Origin: an uncultured Gammaproteobacteria bacterium
GTDB lineage: Bacteria; Pseudomonadota; Gammaproteobacteria; JACCXJ01
Assembly: GCA_963764725.1 (NCBI GenBank)
Contig: CAVXTM010000005.1
Coordinates: forward strand, 64,001 to 128,000
Reading direction: 5' to 3'
Length of the DNA: 64,000 bases
This document shows, piece by piece, positions 44,203-54,690 of this stretch. A model generated the notes under the pieces. That model was not told the DNA's origin and did no database searches. It was given only the letters and a program-made list of their open reading frames with translations. The first letter of the stretch is position 1; the number at the start of each line of letters is the position of its first letter. The translations under genes and the position numbers were made by a program.

Positions 44203-44502
44203 CTACGGTGTATGCTCGCAGAGCAGCGCCAGCGCGATGCTTTCCCATTCTTGCGCGAGCGCTCCGCTGGCAGGGGGCCGTTTCGCACGCCGGTACCAAT
44301 AACCGGCGTTGCCGTCGTCGCCTTCCTTGCGATGCAAGTAGGCATGTACCCAGGCGCTCGCGGCGTCGTCTTCTTGCTGCACGATGTTGTGCGCCTGGTC
44401 CCACTCGTCCTTCGCGTCATGCCATAGGGCTTTAAGCGGGGGCTGTATTCCCCGCGGCGGTGCGGATTGACCCAGGCTTTGTCTAAACTCCTTTAGGTCC
44501 AC
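44203..44502 (-). CDS. Conserved small hypothetical protein
   Basis: ALWHDAKDEWDQAH...AWVHAYLHRKEGDDGNAGYWYRRA, a widespread uncharacterised family as recalled. Confidence 0.75.
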   Translation of the reverse strand: MDLKEFRQSLGQSAPPRGIQPPLKALWHDAKDEWDQAHNIVQQEDDAASAWVHAYLHRKEGDDGNAGYWYRRAKRPPASGALAQEWESIALALLCEHTP

Positions 44503-44773
44503 GGGAGTGCCCCTTATCCCCAGCGCAACACTGTATGAGATGATCGCAAGTTCTGCGTTGCCCTTCGCACAACTCCGGTCCAGAGGCCACAAGGTCCCCG
44601 CCGCGTCGGAACATGGTCGAGGGAGATTTTCCACGCAGCTCCTAGCAATCGTAGATCGATGCATCGAACTTGACAACGGGGCTCAGCCGCAGATGCTTAA
44701 CGAGCTTGCGAAGCCGCTTGGATCTCCGGAGGATGAGTTCGGCGATTTCCTCGTTGGCGACATCTCATGAAAG

Positions 44774-45244
44774 ATGCGTCGGCACTTCCTCAATTGGACG
44801 ACCCCAAAGGATGGACTCTACGCAGACGAGTTCGCAGTTTTTATTCCCTACTTTCCCGTTATCGATCTTGCATGGAGGCTAGGCCAAGGGATGCCCACTA
44901 GCGATTCCGCAAATCGGATCCTATCGGTGACTGACGACACCCTCACAGGGTCCCACGAAAAGGAGATGGTTGGCGCAGGCTTCAGCGGGAGACGTGGCAC
45001 GCTAACGCGAGCGCTCGTCGTTGCAACGATGGACGAATATGCTGCGGCGTACCTGCTGGATCCGCAAGAGGCGGCCTGGACCTATCAGCATATATGCCGA
45101 CAGGTGGCGAGAAATTGTACTGCTCTGAAAGCCGCTGGCGATATCGATGGGTTTGCGTCGCTCCTGGAGGACGTCGTGGACCGCGCGAGAGGACGCAAAA
45201 AGAAAGCTCTCAGCAAGTTGCTTGACCCTGGGCGTGGATCATGA
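44774..45244 (+). CDS. Hypothetical protein, possibly the 3' part of a broken gene
   Basis: 156 aa ORF in frame with ORF 44507-44770 across one stop codon. Confidence 0.35.
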   Translation: MRRHFLNWTTPKDGLYADEFAVFIPYFPVIDLAWRLGQGMPTSDSANRILSVTDDTLTGSHEKEMVGAGFSGRRGTLTRALVVATMDEYAAAYLLDPQEAAWTYQHICRQVARNCTALKAAGDIDGFASLLEDVVDRARGRKKKALSKLLDPGRGS

Positions 45245-45297
45245 CCGCGGACAAGTGGGCCCGAGTGCTGAAGAGCGCGTGCTGATGGTCGCCAACC

Positions 45298-46998
45298 GGC
45301 CGAGGTTGTGTAAAAACCTAGAGAAGTCCGGGGCTAGTTGGCAAAGCGCATTACGAATATAAATGAGGCGTATCTCGCCGATCGTATTGATCAGTATTTT
45401 TCGGTGAGTCAGCGAGAAATTTTGAAAGACGATCTCAGAGCAGCCGCTATGCCGCGGCCATCGCCTCGCTTTGCGAAACCAGAACCTGGCTTCGGTGTGC
45501 GTATGGCTTGGATCAGTGCTCCAGGGCCCAGAATCTTGATCACGCGTTTGATGTTGTAGGCGAGCACATGAAGACTCATTTCGGTGCTGACCCCGCCCAG
45601 CGTCTTAGTCAGGAAGTGTGTCCACCCCATCCACAGCTTGATTGTCCCGAACGGATGTTCGGCGGTTTGGCGGCGCACGCGCATCTTCTGAGAGTCTCCA
45701 TCCAACCGCGCTTGCATCCCCTCGAGGACGGCTTCGTGTTCCCAGCGCCTGACCCGCCGTTCTTTTCCGGTGGTACATTGCGCCTTCATCGGGCAAGCCG
45801 GGCATACCGAGCACCAATAGCACGTGCAGAGTCATGCCGTGCTCGACCGTCGGTGAAGCGCTTGATCAACCGTTGACCCGCAGGGCAGCGGTACTCATCG
45901 TCCTGAGCGATGTAGACGAAGTCTTGCTTACCGAAGCGGCCTTCGGCCTTGCTGCCTGAGGTCAGCGGCTTGGGAACGAAGGTCGTGATCCCGTCCTCCT
46001 CGCATGCCCGGATCTCTTCCCCGTCGAAGTAACCGCGGTCGGCCACCACCGTGAGCGCCTCAATGCCCGTTGCCTCGCGTGACCGTTGAGCCATGTTCGA
46101 GAGTTGGCCCCGGTCACTCCCAACATTGGACACCTCGTGGGCGACGATCAGGTGATGCTCGGCATCGACCGCCGTTTGCACGTTGTAACCCACTATCCCA
46201 CTGCCCCTCGAGTTCATCGAGCGCGCATCGGGATCGGTGAGCGAGAGCTGTTGGTCGGGCGCCTCAAGCATTCGGACTTCAAGTGCCTTGAGCTTTTGCA
46301 TCTGCTCGCGTAGCGTCGCGATCTTGTCCTGCAGGCGGTCTACTTTGGCTTGCGCCACCTCCGAAGATTCCTGCCGATCCGCAGTGTCGAGTTGAGAAAG
46401 GTAGCGATCGATGCTCTCCTCAATCTGCTGCAGGCGCCGTTTCATCTTCGCGCCGCGTGAAGTTCCTATCTCGGTTGTTCACCGCTTTGAACTTACTCCC
46501 GTCAATCGCCACCAGCGATTCGGTGAACAGGCTCAGTCCTCGACACAGCACCACAAACTCCCGACATACCCCACGCAGCGCTTTACCGTTGTTCTTGCGG
46601 AACGCTGCAATCGTCTTGTGGTCCGGCATCAACCGCCCGCGTCAGCCACATGACCTCGACGTTGCGTTGAGTCTCTCGCTCCAGACGACGGCTTGACTGA
46701 ATTCGGTTGAGGTAGCCGTAGATATAGAGCTTTAGCAGTATCAAGGGATGATAGGCAGGACGACCGGTCGTACGTGGTTCGATACCCCCAAATCCAAGCG
46801 CTTTGAGATCGAGTTCATCGACGAACGCCTCAATGACTCTGACCGGATTATCCTCGCTGATATACTCATCGAGCCGTTCGGGGAACAATGTGCTCTGGGT
46901 TCGGTCTTCACCTTCAACAAAACGCTTCATGGCTCTGCCGTATAGGTTGTACGTCCGATCAGTATACCATCATATCACGTTTTTACACAACCTCGGCC
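45298..46998 (-). mobile_element. IS1182-family IS, transposase in four frameshifted pieces (45409-46930)
   Basis: Perfect 20-bp IR GGCCGAGGTTGTGTAAAAAC; GRPAYHP..LLKLYIYGY, PDHKTI, IDGSK, TDPDAR, ADRGY, AEHPFGTIK. Confidence 0.92.
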
Positions 46999-47552
46999 AG
47001 GAGCCGCCACTCGAACATCAGAGGCCAGTGTCTGCTTTGTAGCGTTTTGCTTACCGTTGTATTCGGTGCGGTACACGATCAGCTGGGGAAGCTGATGATG
47101 GACTTCAAGGCTATTAAGGTGTCCGCAAAATTCCCACATGACTTCTAACGGAATGACGACTTCCGATATGACGGTCGATTTAGAAATGGTTTCTCAGGGT
47201 TGCTTTCTTTCCAAAAGCGGTTAGACCAGTGACAGGATCTCTCTCAACGTTCGTAAACCGACCCAAATAAATCCTAGTCTGTCCCTTAGTTAGACCTGCA
47301 CAAATTGAATAATGAGATTAGCCCAGCGTTTTGCAGGTCTCCTCCTGGGTGTGAATATGTCACGGAAAAGATGTGAATATTTCACAGCTAAAACCGATTA
47401 AGATGATTATGATTTCCACTGATGGGCAAGCATACGTGAAGCTGCATCGCTATCTAGGGCCGGTGAGCACGCCGGAAAATGGAGCTATATACATAGGTAC
47501 TGTTCAAGCGAAGGAAAGCGCCGCAGATGATTTACGGGTTTGCTCGGAAATC

Positions 47553-47618
47553 GCCTAACATCGTGTTCGAAAGGGACGCCGCACACAGCGCGGTGCCGCT
47601 CAACTTAGACGTTTAGGC
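47553..47618 (+). other. attC site
   Basis: GCCTAAC-5nt-GTTCGAAA...GCTCAAC-TTAGAC-GTTTAGGC (one extra T in R'). Confidence 0.78.
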
Positions 47619-47649
47619 CATGTTGTGCGATGTCTTAAAGGAGAACGCT

Positions 47650-48087
47650 ATGAAGACGACAATTTTGATTGGTGCTATTGGTGCGGTGTTGTGTGGGAAT
47701 GCGACTGCAGTAACATTGCCACCTACGACTACGATACCGGTGTGTATACGAGATTAGTACGGAAACCAGTATGATAAGCTAGTTTTTGATGTTCCGAATA
47801 GGATAATCACAGGTATTGCGCATCAGAACCAGTGTGGTGCGGACTGGCCTATGATCGGATCATGGGATGTCGATCCTGCCGGAAAAATAATCATGGAATT
47901 GTCTGTTGCCAATACCCCCAATAGTCCATCGTGCGTGGACATGTACAAGCTGCGGGGTGTTTATCCAAAGGCCACTTGGAACTATACCAGCGGTTTTGGT
48001 AGTCAGTCATTTAGCTATGTAGCGTGTACAGCGCGCGCGCCGTTATTTTTTGATACAGGAGTTGGCGGGGCACATGGGCCGAAATGA
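47650..48087 (+). pseudogene. Secreted hypothetical cassette protein with one in-frame TAG
   Basis: AGGAG RBS, MKTTILIGAIGAVLCGNATA signal peptide, ...CIRD*YGNQY..., continuing into ORF 47851-48087; bounded by attC sites. Confidence 0.65.
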
Positions 48088-48129
48088 ATGACTGATGGAT
48101 GTTCTATATGTGGTGGTGATGGCAGCCGC

Positions 48130-48194
48130 GCCTAACCATTGCGCGGAGTGGGACGCGCCTTGATCGGCGCGTCCCTCACGCTATGGGGTCGGAG
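48130..48194 (+). other. attC site with degenerate R'
   Basis: GCCTAAC, stem GGGACGCGCC/GGCGCGTCCC, R' reads GTCGGAG. Confidence 0.65.
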
Positions 48195-48322
48195 TTGCGC
48201 CGAACTTGTGATAGCCGGCGCAGCGCCGGCTCATCGCTGGGTTCGAGTCGGCACCGCTCGGCTCACGACTCGGGAATTAGGGGTTGCCTCAGACCCAGTC
48301 TGTCCCCAAAGTGTCCCTGAGT

Positions 48323-48845
48323 CTAACGCACCGGCCTATAAGGTGCGTCGTAGCGCCTGATCTTGATCATGGTCGGGTCGTACTCCTTTGCCCGGAGGAA
48401 TGACTCAACCGTCTTTCGTCCGATCTTCTCGTCCTGCGCTGGACCGATCCATACCTCGCTTAGCCAGACATTACCGTTGAAGGCGATCTCGCGATATGGC
48501 ACCAACGAACCATGCGCGTCCGCTTTGAACAACGGACTGTCTTTGCCTGGAATTGGTACAAGGATCAGACGCTGCTCATTCTCCTCTCTGAAAGCAATGT
48601 GTTTGCTTCTCACTGCGTACTTCGCCGCAATCATCAGAACATAGTTGTACGCACGGTTAATGGTGGTGAGCTGATCAGATTGAGGTAGGCTGCTCCACCC
48701 CTGTTCCAGCGTAGTGCAGAGTTTATCGAGTCGTCCACAAAAGTCCTGCTCGACTTCGTTCGGACCGTACTACACTGACGCTAACGTCGCGGTTTCGAGG
48801 CCGTCATGTGAAATGCCGAGGCAGTAGCCATGCCCGTTGTCGGGC
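48323..48845 (-). pseudogene. DUF2971-like gene, 5'-truncated with internal stop
   Basis: DNGHGYCLG, KHIAFREENEQR, VWIGP motifs. Confidence 0.6.
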
Positions 48846-49690
48846 TGTACGGACAAACCCCCACCAAGGCACTGATCTCGCGTCGTGAGAGTGTACCGAT
48901 TTCCGGTAAGTCTGCCAAAAACGTAGTGGCCGTCACCCGACCGACACCGGGAATGGATTGCATGACTTCCGCCTTATGCTGCCAGAGCGGGCTGGTGCGA
49001 ATCATGTTATCCAGATCGTCATTAGACTCATCCAGGCGCTTTTCCAGCCACATGATGGTGTTGTCGTATCTGTTTGCAACCTTGGCGCTGGCGCTGCTTT
49101 CCGATTGCTTTCGGCCGTGACCATTTCCACGATCTGGCGGCGACGGGTGAGTACCGCATCAAGCGCTTGCGTCTTCAGGCCTCAAAGATCGCACCGACGG
49201 TTTGATTTCCCGCGCAAACCTTGCCAGCATGAAGGCATCAACCTGATCGGTCTGGCGAGTACCCCTAGGCTTTGGCAAAGTCACGAGCCTGCCGGGGGTT
49301 GATGACGGCCACCGCCAAGCCACCCGTTGCCTCAACCACGATCAATGGCGGAGCTAATGTCTGTAACTGTATGCAAGCGGCAAGACGGCCAGGCTCGTCG
49401 TTGGCGTAACGCTTCGGCGCAGCATGGGTAGGTATCAATATCAAGGTGCGCCTTGCTCACATCGATTCCAACATGAATATCCTGTTGCAGTGTATGCACG
49501 ATTCTCTCTCCCAGTCTTACGGATGCGGGGTGTGCCCCCTGACAACTCTTCGGGTTAAACAAGAATCAGGTACGACGCCATAGGCTGTCCCATAGGCTTA
49601 ACCAACACCTACAGACCAATCAGGCTGCCGTACCTGCGACACCGCCACTACGCTTTTTTGAAGATATAAGACCACGATACTATTAAGATT
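48846..49690 (-). mobile_element. IS110-family remnant (frameshifted, 3'-truncated) with upstream non-coding end
   Basis: HVGIDVSKAHLD (DEDD RuvC-like start), QSIPGVGRVTA...LPEIG...ISALVGVCP; boundaries approximate. Confidence 0.8.
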
Positions 49691-49794
49691 GTCTCGGTAT
49701 TAAGCGCTGAGAACAGGCGGGTCGGAACTCGTAATACCACTACGACTCGGTTGGAGACATTACGGATACCGTGACGTTCCCGATGTCCATCGTC

Positions 49795-51180
49795 GAGAAA
49801 TAGTCAAATGTTGTGTACGAGGCCAGGTTAGGCGGCGATTCTTTCGGGGTCTTCCCATAGGCCGTCTTTGAAAATAACTCCCTCGATGACTTGAGCTAGG
49901 CGGGAGATTCCATACAGTTTCCGCCAATGTCGCTCGGCACTTTTTACCAACATGAATACCATCGCCAAAATGCTTTCTCGAGACACGCAGCCGCGGGTTT
50001 TGTCGGTGCGTAGCCGCACCGTGGCGAAGGTGGATTCGATCGGATTGGTGGTTCGAAGATGGATCCAGTGCTCTGCTGGAAAATCGTAGAAGAGCAATAG
50101 TGACTCGCGATCTTTTTCCAAACACTCCGCGGCTTTCGGATACTTGGGACGGTAGAGGGTCAAAAAGTGATCGAAGGCGCGCTCGGCCTCTTGCCGGGTG
50201 GCAGCCATCCAGATCTCCTGCAGCGCCGCCTTGGCCTTGGGTTGTTGGCTTTTAGGCAGCTTGTTCAATACGTTAGCCGTCTTGTGTACCCAACAGCGTT
50301 GACCCCGGGTTTTGCCGAAGACTTGCGGTAACGCCTTCCAGAATCCTAAGGCCCCATCGCCGGTGGCAAGATGCGGATCGATGGATAAGCCGCGGGCTTT
50401 CAGATCCAATAGCACCTCCCGCCAGGAGGCTTCACTTTCCCGATAGCCGTCGGCAAGCGCCAACAATTCTTTGTTACCCTCGGCGGTGGCGCCAATCACC
50501 ACCAGAATGCACTGGGCCGCATCCTCCAGCCGTACCCCGAAATGGATACCGTCCACCCATAGATACACATAGCGTCGGTTCGATAGATCACGCCGTGACC
50601 AGCGCGCGTGCTCCTCTTGCCATACCGCCTTGAGCCGGCTGATCGTGCTGGCCGACAAGCCCGGCGCCTCCCGTCCCAATAAGGCTATGAGTGCCTCCTG
50701 AAAATCACCTGTCGAGATCCCCTTCAAGTATAACCAGGGCAATAGTCCCTCCAGCGTCTTGGTTCGCCGTATGTACGGTGGCAGAATCGAGGAGGTAAAC
50801 CGGATCGCCTTTTCTCGATCCCGAACCCGCGGTATCTTCACCTCCACCGCCCCCACACCGGTTTGTATCGCCCGTCCTGGCAGATGGCCGTTACGCACCA
50901 CACGCCGCCGCCCTTCCGCCGTTTCCTGCCCCATGAACCCTTCCAGAAAAACCGATACTTCCGCTTCAATCGCAGCCGCCAGCATCCGTTGGGCACCTAC
51001 CCGCAGAATCTCTGTGAGCGCATCCGCGACCGGAGCCGGCGTCCCTGGATTCTTCAACGCAATTACTTTATCTTCACTCATGGCGTATTCACTCCTTTCA
51101 GTAGGAATTGATGACCTTGAAGACCATCAAGAATACGCCGCCGCCTTCACTCCTTCATCCACAACTTTCAATCATAACTC
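49795..51180 (-). mobile_element. IS256-family IS, intact
   Basis: Imperfect IRs GAGAAATAGTCAAATGTTGTG / GAGTTATGATTGAAAGTTGTG; 9-bp TSD TCCATCGTC (49786-49794, 51181-51189). Confidence 0.93.
49828..51081 (-). CDS. IS256-family (Mutator-type) transposase
   Basis: YLKGISTGDF, YLWVDG, GDGALGFW, QRCWVHK, RTTNPIES. Confidence 0.95.
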   Translation of the reverse strand: MSEDKVIALKNPGTPAPVADALTEILRVGAQRMLAAAIEAEVSVFLEGFMGQETAEGRRRVVRNGHLPGRAIQTGVGAVEVKIPRVRDREKAIRFTSSILPPYIRRTKTLEGLLPWLYLKGISTGDFQEALIALLGREAPGLSASTISRLKAVWQEEHARWSRRDLSNRRYVYLWVDGIHFGVRLEDAAQCILVVIGATAEGNKELLALADGYRESEASWREVLLDLKARGLSIDPHLATGDGALGFWKALPQVFGKTRGQRCWVHKTANVLNKLPKSQQPKAKAALQEIWMAATRQEAERAFDHFLTLYRPKYPKAAECLEKDRESLLLFYDFPAEHWIHLRTTNPIESTFATVRLRTDKTRGCVSRESILAMVFMLVKSAERHWRKLYGISRLAQVIEGVIFKDGLWEDPERIAA

Positions 51181-51466
51181 TCCATCGTCATCTCCCAAGC
51201 TGATGTTGGACCTCACCAATACGACGGTAGGCAAAACGCCACGAAGCAGACACTGGCATCTGATCGTTGAGTGGCTCATATGGGTCAACAAGCGTCCCAT
51301 AGTTGTGATGAGCCAGCCCTTGTGTTTGGATAGACGGAAGCGCCCGAGGTAATATCTTGTTCGGGAAGAGCTTCCTGGCTACGACCAGACCTATTGCGGA
51401 AGAGATAGACGGAATGATGTTCTGTTCACATAACAGTTAGACGGCGGCACGCACAGGAGGAATGGC

Positions 51467-52208
51467 ATGCAAAGTAAGGTAACCGAGATTGCGCAAGGCA
51501 CCTTCCCGGATCTCAACGTTCCATCCAGATTACGGCATCCAGTTCAACCAATTCCTCATCAAGGATGATGAGCCATTCCTGATGCATACGGGCTTCAAGA
51601 GAATGTTTCCCGCCACGCTGGAAGGCGTTGCTTCGATCATCGATCCATCGACAGTTCGCTGGCTGGGCTTCAGCCACTTTGAGTCAGACGAATGCGGTGC
51701 GTTAAATGAATGGCTCGAGGTTGCACCACGCGCGCAGGCAGTCTGCAGCTTCGTAAGCGCGATGGTGAATGTAATTGACTTCGCCGACCGCGCCCCGCGC
51801 GCCCTCGCCGAGGGCGAAGTCCTGCAAACCGGGCGGCACCGCCTTCGGTTTCTATCTACCCCGCATGTGCCCCATGCTTGGGACGCGGGTCTGTTTTTCG
51901 ACGAGATCGAGAAAACGCTTCTATGCTCAGATCTCTTCTTTCAGCCGGGCGATCCAGAGGCGGTAACAGAGTCAGATGTTGTGGGCCGTGCTAAAGACGC
52001 AATTCATGCCAGCCTTACGGGTCCGATGGCGAAGGACATGCCTTACACACCATATACGGGGAGCACTCTCCAGCGGCTTGCTGCCTTGGAGCCACGGACC
52101 CTCGCTGTCATGCATGGCTCGAGTTTCCGAGGAGACGGCCGGACCGCAATTCTCAGCCTGGCAGGAATAATCACGGAGCTTTTGAGCAAAGCGGAGGTCG
52201 GTTCTTGA
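51467..52208 (+). CDS. Metallo-beta-lactamase-fold (FprA/ODP-like) protein, cassette-borne, one apparent frameshift near the start
   Basis: AGGAGG RBS, MQSKVTEIAQG; SHFESDECG, PHVPHAW, CSDLF, MHGS; bounded by GTTAGAC (51436) and complementary GTCTAAC (52241). Confidence 0.8.
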
Positions 52209-52333
52209 CGCATGGAAATTGATAGCCCTCGAGATACACCGTCTAACATGAGCAAGTTGGCGCATGGCCCGTGGCGCTTGAGCAAGACCCCGGCGCTCAC
52301 ACTGGCTTTGCCGGCGCGGTACTTTAGTTGTTT

Positions 52334-53935
52334 GGGTGTAGGTCTCAAACTGATCATCAGTGTACCTTGGCGCCAGGGAATGCAATGACGTTATCCGGAG
52401 CCGCGACGTGGGCACGGTAGGTTTGTGCGAGCAGCCGCCAGCCGTGATCGAAGCGCTGGCTCTGCGCCAGCGCACGCAATGTCAAGATCGCTTGACCGCC
52501 CTCGTGTCGCCAGCGCATGCCCGAGCGTTTCATCCGCTGCGTCACCAACGTCTTGCACGCCGCTTCCACCACACCTGAGCCGATCGGCAACCCCAGCGCT
52601 TTTGCCGCCGCATAGCCCATGCGCGCTCGATTGCGGCGGAAGTAGCCGAGCTCGGTCGCTAGCACCTTGCGGCGCGGATGCCGGTCGCGCTGATAAGCGA
52701 GTGTGCGGATCACCTTTTCGACTCCATCGTTCTCCGCGCGCAGGATGTGCCGATAGGTCTCAAACTGGGTGCGCGCCTTCGGGGTGTTTTCCCCGTAGGC
52801 CACCGCAAACGCTGCTTTGAGATGCTCGGCGGCGTGGTAGAAGTCGATAATCTCCTCACCCGCGGGCAGTTCATCGCTGAGGAAGGTCCAGTTGTCCTTG
52901 GCCCCGTCGGCAAGCTTGACCACCCGCAACGGCGGGCGTTGTCGGAGTGCGGCCGCCACCTCCGCCGCTAGCATCGTCTTCACGGTCGCTTTCTTTGACT
53001 CCGGCATCCGCGCCATGCGCACCGTGCCCAGCCGCTCGCCTTCGACATCGTGAAAGCTCAGCGTCGCACAGCCCACTTCTTGATAGCCGGCCGGTCCTTT
53101 CGTGTGCTTACCCTCGGCAACACCCTGGTCGCGCTTAGCAGCGCGCGCCCCGTCCTTCATCGGTGTCATCACCCCATCGAGCGACACCGCCACCGTGACC
53201 GCCGCTTCGGGAATCCTCATCGCTCCGCGCAACTGCGCATCGAAGTGTTCCCGTTGCGCTTCCCACTGCGCCGAGCACTGCTTCGGCAACCAATCCAGAC
53301 TGCTCTTCGAGGGGCTCATGTTGCCCACTTCCCGAAACAACCCTTCGGCCTCCTGCGGGGTCAGATGCGCCACCGCCCACAGCGCTTGGCGCGCCGCGCG
53401 CGGGGTGAACTGACCGGCCACCATACCCGCACGCAACTCCAACGGCACCACCGTCCCATCGCGACTACGGCGGTACAGCGTGCGCCACACCTTCACCGCA
53501 CCCGCCGCGCTCAGGTAGGTCTCCGAACTGCGTAGCACCCGATGGTGCAGGTGCCCGTCAATCAGCAGCTGCGGCTGGTTCACATCCAGCCGCTCCAGCT
53601 CCTCGGCGAGGATCTCGCACTCGGCGTCCATGAATACGGCGTGCAACTCCTGTTCAAAGCCTTCGAAGTTCTCCTCCGCCCCACGACGGGCGCGCAGCTC
53701 CGCAACTGCCTTGTGCAGTCGTTCGATCGCCGCGTTCTTAGCTGTGGCATCGTTCTTGGTCGTGTGAAATACTTGCATCGGGGCAGCCTCCGGATTTCGT
53801 TGAATTAATGCACGACGAATTATCCACGAGGACCACTGCCCCTTCACCTCTCTACCGCCATGACAAATTGTCAGCTCACGCTACCCTAACATGCCACAAC
53901 TTCAATAAAATCATATCAGTTACCGATCTACACCC
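52334..53935 (-). mobile_element. ISKra4/ISLre2-like IS
   Basis: IRs GGGTGTAG(G/A)TC...AACTGAT; 8-bp TSD AGTTGTTT (52326-52333, 53936-53943). Confidence 0.88.
52357..53778 (-). CDS. ISKra4/UPF0236-type DDE transposase, intact
   Basis: SLDG, ADGAKDNW, IDFYHAAEHL, PIGSGVVEAACK...RMKRSGMRW. Confidence 0.88.
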   Translation of the reverse strand: MQVFHTTKNDATAKNAAIERLHKAVAELRARRGAEENFEGFEQELHAVFMDAECEILAEELERLDVNQPQLLIDGHLHHRVLRSSETYLSAAGAVKVWRTLYRRSRDGTVVPLELRAGMVAGQFTPRAARQALWAVAHLTPQEAEGLFREVGNMSPSKSSLDWLPKQCSAQWEAQREHFDAQLRGAMRIPEAAVTVAVSLDGVMTPMKDGARAAKRDQGVAEGKHTKGPAGYQEVGCATLSFHDVEGERLGTVRMARMPESKKATVKTMLAAEVAAALRQRPPLRVVKLADGAKDNWTFLSDELPAGEEIIDFYHAAEHLKAAFAVAYGENTPKARTQFETYRHILRAENDGVEKVIRTLAYQRDRHPRRKVLATELGYFRRNRARMGYAAAKALGLPIGSGVVEAACKTLVTQRMKRSGMRWRHEGGQAILTLRALAQSQRFDHGWRLLAQTYRAHVAAPDNVIAFPGAKVH

Positions 53936-54113
53936 AGTTGTTTGGGACTGCCCGAGTCTGGCAGCGAGGTAGGAATATCTTTCGTCGAACCGCCGTGTAC
54001 ATGATCCGTACGCCCGGTGGTGTAGGAGGGGCGGGGCCGTGAAGCCTCCCCCTATCCTGATTAGGCGTGTTGCACAGGGCTGTGGCAGGGCGAGATTAAG
54101 AGAAGATGACAGC

Positions 54114-54317
54114 ATGAACTCACAAATTACAGGATTACGAGTGGCGAGTGTTGCGTTCGGTCTGATGGCCATCGCGCAATTGGTGCGGCTGGTGATACGC
54201 CCAGAGGTACTGGTGGCCGGTCATCCGATGCCGTTGTGGCCAAGTGTGCTGGCCTGCATCATTTTGGGCGGCCTGAGTCTTTGGATGTGGAAACTCGCTC
54301 GCACGCCCTCCAAATGA
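54114..54317 (+). CDS. Small two-helix membrane protein within a cassette
   Basis: 67 aa, two hydrophobic segments, between TAGGC (54062) and attC 54340. Confidence 0.6.
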   Translation: MNSQITGLRVASVAFGLMAIAQLVRLVIRPEVLVAGHPMPLWPSVLACIILGGLSLWMWKLARTPSK

Positions 54318-54339
54318 ACGAATCTGGACGACCCATGCG

Positions 54340-54396
54340 GCCTAACCCATAAGGATTAAGCCGACCCGAAGTGGTTGTTTCAACCCTGGGTTAGAC
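54340..54396 (-). other. attC site (57 bp), minus-strand orientation
   Basis: Minus strand: GTCTAAC-5nt-GTTGAAAC...GCTTAAT...GTTAGGC, downstream of the MAPEG gene. Confidence 0.7.
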
Positions 54397-54426
54397 GGCA
54401 GCCGCGTCAGATGGAGGCGCCCATGC

Positions 54427-54690
54427 CTACTCAGCGAGGTAGTGGAGCGCTGCGCGAGCCGCAATGAACCAAACAGCCAGAGTGGAGAACAAGTAAAGAT
54501 AGAACCGCAGCATTACGATATTGACCGTGCAATGGATTGCGCTGTGAAGCGCGCGAAACATAACGAAGACCCACGCGGCACTCACGTACGCGGTATCGAC
54601 CTGGTTCGTGACGAAGAGATACAGCGCGAGTACGTAGAAGATCACCGGGATCTCGAAGAGGTTCTTCAGGTTGTCCGATGGATTGGACAC
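54427..54690 (-). pseudogene. MAPEG-family membrane protein, 5'-truncated
   Basis: SDNLKNLFEIPVIFY, AWVFVMFRALHSAIH, VMLRF; abuts the IS6 remnant. Confidence 0.75.

Larger units (their letters stand above)
52245..54061 (+). mobile_element. 3' remnant of a class C (IIC-attC) group II intron, interrupted by an ISKra4-like IS
   Basis: IEP tail NMSKLAHGPWRLSKTPALTLALPARYFSC|LGLP; IIC D5 GAACCGCCGTGTAC...GTACGCCCGGTGGTG at 53987; D6 ending CCTATCCTGAT followed by TAGGC. Confidence 0.85.

Noticed and set aside
51467-52208. Metallo-beta-lactamase resistance cassette
   Set aside because: HFESDE is the FprA/ODP-type di-iron motif rather than HxHxD, and no signal peptide is evident.
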